DNA of 64,000 bases from Cenarchaeum sp. GTDB taxonomy: Archaea > Thermoproteota > Nitrososphaeria > Nitrososphaerales > Nitrosopumilaceae. Made by a program: the position numbers and the translations under genes. The notes beneath the pieces are model-generated. The model did no database searches. It saw nothing but the letters and a program-made list of their open reading frames with translations, and had not been told where the DNA came from. Below are positions 56,959 through 64,000 of this stretch, piece after piece. The stretch lies in the NCBI GenBank assembly GCA_963692915.1, contig OY843584.1, positions 320,001 to 384,000 on the forward strand, read 5' to 3'. The stretch's first letter is position 1, and each line of letters starts with the position of its first letter.

Positions 56959-59484
56959 GTGGCCATAGTGCGCAGATGTCCATTGGGACCTTTACCGCTC
57001 CACTATGACCTGCGCTTTGAGCCTGACTTGCGCGCACGCCGGTTCTCGGGGCGCGCCCTGATAGACGTCAGCGTGCGAACGCCGACGTCGAGGATATCGA
57101 TGAACGCCGCCGAGCTCGACGTGCGGCGATGCCGCGTGATGCGCGCGGACGCCGAGATCCCGTCGAGCCACTCCCTTGATGCGGCATCCGAGGAGCTCAC
57201 GATCAAGACGTCATCGCGCGTCTCGGGCAGCGTGCGCATAGAGGTTGACTTTGAGGGGACGCTCAATGACAGGCTACTCGGGTTTTACTCTAGCACGCAC
57301 ATGGTCGGCAGGCGCAAGGCGCGCATGGCGACAACGCAGTTTGAGGCAGCTGATGCACGGCGCGCCTTTCCGTGCTGGGACGAGCCGGCGGCCAAGGCGA
57401 CATTTGACGTGACGATCGTCGCGCCGCGCGGCATGACGGCCATATCGAACATGCCCGAAGCCTCGCACAAGACAGTGCGCGGCAAGGTCGAGCACGTCTT
57501 TGGGCGCACGCCGCCAATGTCGACGTACCTCCTCTACCTGGGCGTCGGCGAGCTCGAGTCCATATCTGCGAGCGTGCAGGGAGTAAAGATAAGCGTCTAT
57601 GCGACGCGCGGAAACGCAAAACGCGGAAGGTTTGCGCTAAATCTCGCAAAGCGCCTCCTAGTCGAGTATGGGCGATACTTTGGCACAAAGTACCCGCTCC
57701 CAAAGCTCGACCTCATCGCAGTGCCGGACTTTGCGGCAGGTGCCATGGAGAACTGGGGCGCAATAACGTTCCGCGAGGCACTCCTCCTCCATGACGAGAG
57801 GACATCCTCGACGCGCACTGCGCAGCTAATCGCCGAGGTCGTCTCGCATGAGATCGCACACCAGTGGTTTGGCAACCTCGTCACGATGAAGTGGTGGAAC
57901 GACCTGTGGCTCAACGAGTCCTTTGCGACATTCATGGCCACAAAGTTCGTCGACATGATACGGCCAGAGTGGGCAATGTGGGACCAGTTCGCCGAGGACA
58001 CCGTCTCCAACGCGCTTCGCCTCGACTCGCTGAAATCAACGCACGCAATAGACGTGCGCGTCCGGAGTCCTGCCGAGATCCGCGAGATATTTGACGCGAT
58101 ATCGTATGACAAGGGCGGCTCGATACTCCAGATGGTCGAGCGTATCGTCGGCGAGCCGGCGTTCCGGCGCGGACTGCGCGCGTACCTGCGCAAGTTCGCC
58201 TATGCCAACGCCGAGGGGGCCGACCTGTGGCGCGAGATAGGGCGCGCCGCCGGCCAGAGCCTCGAGCCGCTCGTCAGGTCGTGGATCGGCCAGCCGGGAT
58301 ACCCGCTCCTCACAGTCTCGCGCAGCCGCCGCGGCGCGCGCGTATCCCAGGAGAGGTTTCTCCTTGCGCCCCGGCGCCGGCGCACTGCGCAGTCATGGCG
58401 CGTGCCCGTCTCGATAAGGGGTAAGCGCGGCTCACCACAGGTTCTCACTGGCCGCTCGGCAGCGCTGCGCGGCCTCGGCGAGGCTGCCGTCATCAACCCG
58501 TCACGCACGGCCTTTGCGCGCGTGAGGTACGGGAGGGCCGACCTTGATGCGCTTCGCCGGACCGCCCTTGGGGGCAGCATGGAGGGCGATGACGCGTGGA
58601 TGGTTCAGGGGGATCTCCTTGCGCTATGCAGGGCAGGAATGGCCGACGTGGGCGACTATATCGAGTTCGCCGATGCGTGCTCGGGATACACGGGACACCT
58701 CGTGTCTGCCGGCATTGCGCGCAACCTGCGATTCCTGCACCGCATCTCCATTGGCGCGCCATTTGAGTGGCGCCTGCGCGAGCGCTCACTGGAGCACCAC
58801 TCGCGAATGCATGCCCGCCTCGGCTGGACGCCGGCGCGCAGCGAGGGCCATGTCGACTCGATGCTGCGCGGCGAGGTCATTGGCGCACTGGGCATCTCGC
58901 TGCGGGCAGGAAAAATAGTCAGGGAGGCACAGGACGCCTTTGTGCGCCTTGCGTCGGGCCGTGGCCGCATTGACGCAAACCTGCGCGAGCCGGTCTGCTC
59001 GATCGCCGTGTCTGCCGGCGGCAGGCGCGCATACTCCAGGGTTCGCTCAATGTACGACTCGGCCGGCACGCAGGAAGAGAAGGTCAGGCTCCTCTCGGCA
59101 ATGTGCGCAACTCCGGACGTGGCGCTCCTGCGCAGGACGCTGGATCTCTCGCAGACCCCGCGCGTGCGCTCACAAAACATGCACGTGCCAGTCATGCGCA
59201 TAGCAGCAAATCCGGCCGGCGCCCCGCTCGTCTGGCCGTGGATGAAAAAGAACTGGGCGCGCATATCGAGGAGGGCAGGACAGGGCAACCCGCTGCTGGC
59301 CAGGATGATCTCGGCTGTTGCGATCGCCTCGCCTGACACGGGTGTGGCCTCTGAGCTCGAGGCCTTTTTTGCGAGGCACAAGTCGCCTGGAACCGAGCGC
59401 ACGGTGAGGCAGGCCGCCGAGACCATGCGCATAAACGCGCGCCTGCGCGAGCGGATGGGGCAAGACCTTGGCGCGCTTGACTAG
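56959..59484 (+). CDS. M1-family aminopeptidase
   Basis: TQFEAADARRAFPCWDEP, GAMEN, HEIAH...WLNE, SYDKG. Confidence 0.95.
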   Translation: MAIVRRCPLGPLPLHYDLRFEPDLRARRFSGRALIDVSVRTPTSRISMNAAELDVRRCRVMRADAEIPSSHSLDAASEELTIKTSSRVSGSVRIEVDFEGTLNDRLLGFYSSTHMVGRRKARMATTQFEAADARRAFPCWDEPAAKATFDVTIVAPRGMTAISNMPEASHKTVRGKVEHVFGRTPPMSTYLLYLGVGELESISASVQGVKISVYATRGNAKRGRFALNLAKRLLVEYGRYFGTKYPLPKLDLIAVPDFAAGAMENWGAITFREALLLHDERTSSTRTAQLIAEVVSHEIAHQWFGNLVTMKWWNDLWLNESFATFMATKFVDMIRPEWAMWDQFAEDTVSNALRLDSLKSTHAIDVRVRSPAEIREIFDAISYDKGGSILQMVERIVGEPAFRRGLRAYLRKFAYANAEGADLWREIGRAAGQSLEPLVRSWIGQPGYPLLTVSRSRRGARVSQERFLLAPRRRRTAQSWRVPVSIRGKRGSPQVLTGRSAALRGLGEAAVINPSRTAFARVRYGRADLDALRRTALGGSMEGDDAWMVQGDLLALCRAGMADVGDYIEFADACSGYTGHLVSAGIARNLRFLHRISIGAPFEWRLRERSLEHHSRMHARLGWTPARSEGHVDSMLRGEVIGALGISLRAGKIVREAQDAFVRLASGRGRIDANLREPVCSIAVSAGGRRAYSRVRSMYDSAGTQEEKVRLLSAMCATPDVALLRRTLDLSQTPRVRSQNMHVPVMRIAANPAGAPLVWPWMKKNWARISRRAGQGNPLLARMISAVAIASPDTGVASELEAFFARHKSPGTERTVRQAAETMRINARLRERMGQDLGALD

Positions 59485-59872
59485 CGTTGCGGCAGTCGTA
59501 GCCGCAGTGGCCGTGGCCGTTGCGGCATACGCGCTGCTGTCTGGCTCACCAGACCACTCCTCGACGATATATGCGGATGCGACATGGTATCCGGACGAGG
59601 GCAATGTCGTCATCACGTATGACGACTCTGCGCGCGCGACGTCGAGCGTGACACTCGAGGTTCTCGGGCTTGCGAGCACGTTTCAAAAGGTTCGCGAGTC
59701 CTCGTCCTTTGTCGAGCGCGTCGCCTTTGGTGGCGTGCCGGCCAACGGGTGGCGTGCGCACCCCGTGACGTTTGCCGTCTCGCACGGTGAGCTAGGCGAG
59801 ATCGGAATAAAGGTGGAGGTGCACGGCCATGACGAGCCGCCCCCGCGCGTCGTGTACAGTGCTGCGCGATAG
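59468..59872 (+). CDS. Hypothetical membrane-anchored protein
   Basis: N-terminal TM; GWRAHPVTF...GIKVEVH. Confidence 0.7.
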   Translation: MARLTSVAAVVAAVAVAVAAYALLSGSPDHSSTIYADATWYPDEGNVVITYDDSARATSSVTLEVLGLASTFQKVRESSSFVERVAFGGVPANGWRAHPVTFAVSHGELGEIGIKVEVHGHDEPPPRVVYSAAR

Positions 59873-60055
59873 GGGGTGGGATGTTTGATGGCCGACACGT
59901 TTCTCGTTGGCACGGTGATACTTGACAACTGGTGCCGCACATGGCGCACAATAGCCTGAGGCAGCACGCGCCATTGCCCTTGCCCCGCCATGGCTGTGCC
60001 TATTGCAGGGACGCATAGCTACGCTTTTTATCGTCATACCGCAGCACCTCGACCG

Positions 60056-60979
60056 TTGATAGAGCTAGCCGACATCAGGAGGCGTCGCCGGGGTGCCGTC
60101 GCGCGCGCCCTCACGCTAGTCGAGAATGAGCCGCGCCGCGCGCGCCCGATGCTCAAGCGCATGTTCCCCCACTGTGGCGAGTCGACTATAGTCGGCGTGA
60201 CCGGACCGGCAGGCGCCGGCAAGAGCACGCTCATCGGCCACACGACAGCACGCCTCGCCTCACTCGGAATGCGGCCGGCGGTCCTTGCAATAGACCCCAC
60301 GAGCCATGTCACGGGCGGGGCGATAATGGGCGACAGGGCACGCATGGCCGACCTCGATGGCTCAAAGGTCTATGTCCGCAGCATGGCCTCGCGCGGCTCG
60401 CGCGGCGCGCTCTCGGCCTCGGTGCGCGACTGTATCCGCGTTCTAGAGTACGCGCGATACGACCCCATCATCGTCGAGAGCGTTGGCGCAGGCCAGACCG
60501 AGGTCGACATTGCGACAATATCGGACATCACCATAGTTGTCTTTAGCCCGCAGACAGGGGACAGCATCCAGGCGATAAAGGCCGGACTGACCGAGATTGG
60601 CGACATTTACGTCATCAACAAGGCCGACCTTGACGGTGCCTCGCAGCTTCTCGAGTCAGTCAGGGAGTTCGTCGGGGTTCGCACGGACGGCAGCGAGCGC
60701 GCGGTCCTAAAGGTCTCCTCCCGGAGACCATCGACTACTGCGGACCTCGCGCGGCGGATTCGTGACCTCGCGCGCGCGCGCCGGCGCGGGCGCAAGGCGC
60801 GCTATGCGGAGCGCCTCGAGTCCGAGATGCGGAACATCGTTTTAAATAGCGTCAGCGAGCGCGCCGAATCTGCAATGTCAGCAGACAATGCAAAGTACGC
60901 GCGATGCGTCAGCGCACTTCGTGCCGGTCGCATTGACCCGCACGCCGCAGCGCAGAGGATACTGGGGGCTCTCTCCTAG
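60056..60979 (+). CDS. meaB: Methylmalonyl-CoA mutase-associated GTPase MeaB
   Basis: GVTGPAGAGKST, IDPTS..TGGAIMGDR, ESVGAGQ, VINKAD. Confidence 0.94.
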   Translation: MIELADIRRRRRGAVARALTLVENEPRRARPMLKRMFPHCGESTIVGVTGPAGAGKSTLIGHTTARLASLGMRPAVLAIDPTSHVTGGAIMGDRARMADLDGSKVYVRSMASRGSRGALSASVRDCIRVLEYARYDPIIVESVGAGQTEVDIATISDITIVVFSPQTGDSIQAIKAGLTEIGDIYVINKADLDGASQLLESVREFVGVRTDGSERAVLKVSSRRPSTTADLARRIRDLARARRRGRKARYAERLESEMRNIVLNSVSERAESAMSADNAKYARCVSALRAGRIDPHAAAQRILGALS

Positions 60980-62644
60980 ATGGCCTCAGGCGTATCCCCG
61001 CGCAGGGCAGCAGGCAAAAAGGCCGCAGGCAAAAAGGCGCCGACAAAAAAGGCCGCTGCAAAAAAGATCGTGACTGACTCGGGCATACCGGTCCGTCCGC
61101 TCTACACGTCCGGACCGCGACGCACAGGCCGTGACGCTCCGGGCAAGTACCCCTATACGCGCGGAATACACCCCGGCATGTACGCTCAGAGGCTCTGGAC
61201 GATGCGCCAGTACTCGGGGTTTGGCGATGCCGCGCAGACTAATGCCAGGTTTCGCTATATGCTTGATAACGGCCAGACCGGCCTGAGCATGGCCTTTGAC
61301 CTTCCCACGCAGATGGGCCACGATCCCGACTCGGAGAGCGCCGAGGGCGAGGTCGGCAAGGTCGGCGTCTCGATAGCCTCCATAGACGACATGATGCGCG
61401 CATTTGAAAAGATCCCGCTTGGCAGGGTCAGCACGTCGATGACGATAAACGCGACGGCCTCGACGCTCCTTGCGTACTATGTGGCGCTTGGCGAGTCGCA
61501 GGGAGTCACCGGTGCCGAGCTGCGCGGAACGACGCAGAACGACATACTAAAGGAGTACATTGCGCGAAACACGTACATCTATCCACCTGCACCGTCGATG
61601 AGGCTAGTCGGCGACATGATAGAGTACTGCGCAAAGAGCGTCCCGCAATGGTATCCCGTGTCGATCTCGGGGTATCACATGCGCGAGGCCGGCTCTACGG
61701 CAATCCAGGAGGTCGCCTTTACCATTGCCAATGCGATCGCATACATTGAGGCATGCATTGGGCGCGGCCTAAAGATCGACGACTTTGCCCCGCGCCTGTC
61801 GTTCTTTTTCTGCTGCACGATGGAGTTCTTTGAGGAGATTGCCAAGTTCCGCGTCGCGCGCAAGGTCTATGCCAAGATACTAAAGGAGAGGTTTGGGGCA
61901 AAAAACCCACGCTCACTCCAGCTGCGCTTTCACACGCAGACTAGCGGCGAGTCACTCACAGCACAGCAACCTGACAACAACATTGCGCGAGTCGCCATAC
62001 AGACGATGGCCGCAGTCCTTGGGGGAACGCAGTCACTCCACACAAACTCGCGCGATGAGGCCCTTGCCCTCCCGACCAAGGAATCTGCAAAGATTGCGCT
62101 TCGCACGCAGCAGATAGTCGCGCACGAGAGTGGCGTGACCAAGACAGTGGATCCGATGGCCGGCTCGCACTATCTCGAGTCGCTCTGCGACGAGATGGAG
62201 GCTGCGGTCTGGAAGTACCTCGGCAAGATCGAAAAGATGGGAGGTTCTATTAGGGCAATAGAGCGCGGGTTCTTCCAGTCGGAGATACGCCAGAACGCGT
62301 ACAGGCTAAAGGGCGAGATCGACGCCGAGGGCGATGGTGCGCGCGTCATCGTCGGCATGAACCGCTTTGCTGACACGGAGGCGGCCCCTGCGCGCCCCGA
62401 GCTCCTGAGGGTTGACGAGTCCGTTGGCCGCGCGCAGTCGCGCGCGATAGCGGCGCTTCGCAAGAGGCGCGACTCCTCGCGTGCGGCCGCGTCGCTCTCT
62501 GCGCTCCAGCGTGCCGCCGAGGATGACTCGGTCAACATGATGCCGGCGATCCTCGAGGCAGTCAGGGCACACTCGACGACTGGCGAGATAAGCGGCGCGC
62601 TGCGCGAGGTCTTTGGCGAATACTCGCCATCGGGGGTGTTCTAG
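60980..62644 (+). CDS. Methylmalonyl-CoA mutase, large subunit
   Basis: PYTRGIH, WTMRQYSGF, AFDLPTQ, QNDILKEY, ISGYHMREAG, QSLHTNS. Confidence 0.96.
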   Translation: MASGVSPRRAAGKKAAGKKAPTKKAAAKKIVTDSGIPVRPLYTSGPRRTGRDAPGKYPYTRGIHPGMYAQRLWTMRQYSGFGDAAQTNARFRYMLDNGQTGLSMAFDLPTQMGHDPDSESAEGEVGKVGVSIASIDDMMRAFEKIPLGRVSTSMTINATASTLLAYYVALGESQGVTGAELRGTTQNDILKEYIARNTYIYPPAPSMRLVGDMIEYCAKSVPQWYPVSISGYHMREAGSTAIQEVAFTIANAIAYIEACIGRGLKIDDFAPRLSFFFCCTMEFFEEIAKFRVARKVYAKILKERFGAKNPRSLQLRFHTQTSGESLTAQQPDNNIARVAIQTMAAVLGGTQSLHTNSRDEALALPTKESAKIALRTQQIVAHESGVTKTVDPMAGSHYLESLCDEMEAAVWKYLGKIEKMGGSIRAIERGFFQSEIRQNAYRLKGEIDAEGDGARVIVGMNRFADTEAAPARPELLRVDESVGRAQSRAIAALRKRRDSSRAAASLSALQRAAEDDSVNMMPAILEAVRAHSTTGEISGALREVFGEYSPSGVF

Positions 62645-62646
62645 GC

Positions 62647-63045
62647 ATGGCCCTGGATATCGACCATGTCGCAATAGCGGTGAGTGACATAGATGCGGCC
62701 TCTGAGCGCTATTCCAGGGCGCTTGGCGCCGAGGTGATCCGCGAGACTGTCGAGTCCGAGGGCGTCGAGGTGGCGATCATGAGACTTGGAAACGCGCGAG
62801 TCGAGCTCATATCGCCGCTTGACAAGGACAGCCCAATTGCGGCGTTTATCGAAAAGCGCGGGGAGGGCATACACCATATCGCGCTGCGGACCGGCGACAT
62901 TGACTCTGAGGTCGCGCGAATGGAGTCATGCGGCCTGCGGTTTCTCGGAGATGTCCGTGATGGCTCAGAAGGCACGCGCATCACGTTCATACACCCAAAG
63001 TCCCTCAACGGCGTGCTCACGGAGCTCTGCTCGGGCGGTGCGTGA
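62647..63045 (+). CDS. mce: Methylmalonyl-CoA epimerase
   Basis: IDHVAIAV, GEGIHHIAL, FIHPKSLNGVLTEL. Confidence 0.94.
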   Translation: MALDIDHVAIAVSDIDAASERYSRALGAEVIRETVESEGVEVAIMRLGNARVELISPLDKDSPIAAFIEKRGEGIHHIALRTGDIDSEVARMESCGLRFLGDVRDGSEGTRITFIHPKSLNGVLTELCSGGA

Positions 63046-63072
63046 GCACGTGCTTGGCACACGTGGGGGAAC

Positions 63073-64000
63073 GTGAGGCGCGTGGGCGACATCCCCACGT
63101 CAATGCTAATCTCGGCCGTCTATGACGGTCCTAAAAAGCGCGTGATGCTAAAGTTTTACAATGGCAAGACCCACACGCTAGAGACACACCATGACGAGTC
63201 AGGGCACCTGCCATACTGCTATTCGCGTCTGACGCCATCGGAGCTCTCCGAGACGCGTGACCGTGATGACGTTGAGGACATTATCGTACACAAGAGGCAT
63301 GACAACATTGCTGATGCCGACGTCGAGGTCTCAAAGATTATCGTCAAGGATCCCCTGGCCATAGGCGGAACACAGTCAGACAAAAGCATACGCAACACAA
63401 TGGAGACGTGGGAGTCAGACATAAAGTACTATGAGAACTATGTCTATGATAACGGGCTCGTGATGGGTATGTACTATTCGGTCAGCGGGGACAAGATTGC
63501 CCCACAGGCATTGCCCATTCCCGAGACGGTCCACGCGGCGCTAAAATCCATGCTGCTTGACCGTGACACGGGAAAGGGAATGGTCGATCCCGCAGAGTAC
63601 CAGGGGTACGTCACGGAATGGGCAGAGACGCTAAACCAGCCAATTCCGCGCATCCGCAGGCTCAGCTTTGACATAGAGGTTGACTCGGAGAAGAATCGCA
63701 TACCTGACCCGCAACTCGCCGAGCGCCGCGTGACTGCAATCGGGTTTGAGGCAGGGGAGGACTCGCACGAGGTCTTTGTGCTCGGCAAGAGGGGCGCAAC
63801 TAGCGCGTCGACTCCGGCAAAGGTGACCTATTATGAGGACGAGAAGAAGATGATTGCCGACGCGTTTGCAAAGATAGCGCAATATCCGGTGGTTCTCACG
63901 TACAATGGTGATGACTTTGACATGCCATACATGTACAACAGGGCGAGCCGACTCGGCATACCCACCGGCGAGAACCCCCTCTACATGATGCGCGATGCGG
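63073..64000 (+). CDS. polB: Family B DNA polymerase (PolB1), N-terminal part, runs off the window
   Basis: HLPYCYS, DPLAIGG, WESDIKYYENY, ExoI SFDIEV, ExoII TYNGDDFDMPY; not in the ORF track because no stop lies in the window. Confidence 0.92.
   Translation, partial: MRRVGDIPTSMLISAVYDGPKKRVMLKFYNGKTHTLETHHDESGHLPYCYSRLTPSELSETRDRDDVEDIIVHKRHDNIADADVEVSKIIVKDPLAIGGTQSDKSIRNTMETWESDIKYYENYVYDNGLVMGMYYSVSGDKIAPQALPIPETVHAALKSMLLDRDTGKGMVDPAEYQGYVTEWAETLNQPIPRIRRLSFDIEVDSEKNRIPDPQLAERRVTAIGFEAGEDSHEVFVLGKRGATSASTPAKVTYYEDEKKMIADAFAKIAQYPVVLTYNGDDFDMPYMYNRASRLGIPTGENPLYMMRDA

Noticed and set aside
59888-59959. Short ORF with VILDN resembling an IS630 motif
   Set aside because: 23 codons, with no other transposase features or inverted repeats

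Overview
Chromosomal segment of a GC-rich ammonia-oxidising archaeon (Nitrososphaerota/Thaumarchaeota, Nitrosopumilaceae-like). The assignment rests on an unsplit Rpo1, topoisomerase IB, stand-alone CdvA, PEFG-CTERM and CFI-box-CTERM surface proteins, 3-hydroxypropionate/4-hydroxybutyrate cycle genes (4HB-CoA ligase and dehydratase, methylmalonyl-CoA mutase, epimerase, MeaB) and a GDGT ring synthase homologue. Most of the window is core genome: the rpo5-rpo2-rpo1-L30e-nusA-S12-S7 operon, TrpRS, PheRS, ValRS, aconitase, pdxST, thyX, polB and six tRNAs, five with BHB introns and three of those with two. Non-obvious items: (1) a dispersed, degenerate ~120-bp repeat with GGGTATGGGGTCAGCACC-type inverted ends. 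It is tandem at 7.7-7.9 kb, brackets an AT-richer cassette (49-aa peptide plus Pycsar-effector-like membrane protein) in inverted orientation at 31.0-32.4 kb, and probably also precedes a second accessory gene at 55 kb. (2) An unannotated two-hairpin H/ACA-type guide RNA at ~165-350. (3) A signal peptidase I fused to an HPD-less J-domain. (4) Histone-H1/protamine-like basic tails on a ParB-like protein, PheT and methylmalonyl-CoA mutase. (5) Small ORFs missed by the ORF track and a tandem DtxR-like operator. All calls are by eye from motifs; no searches were run.
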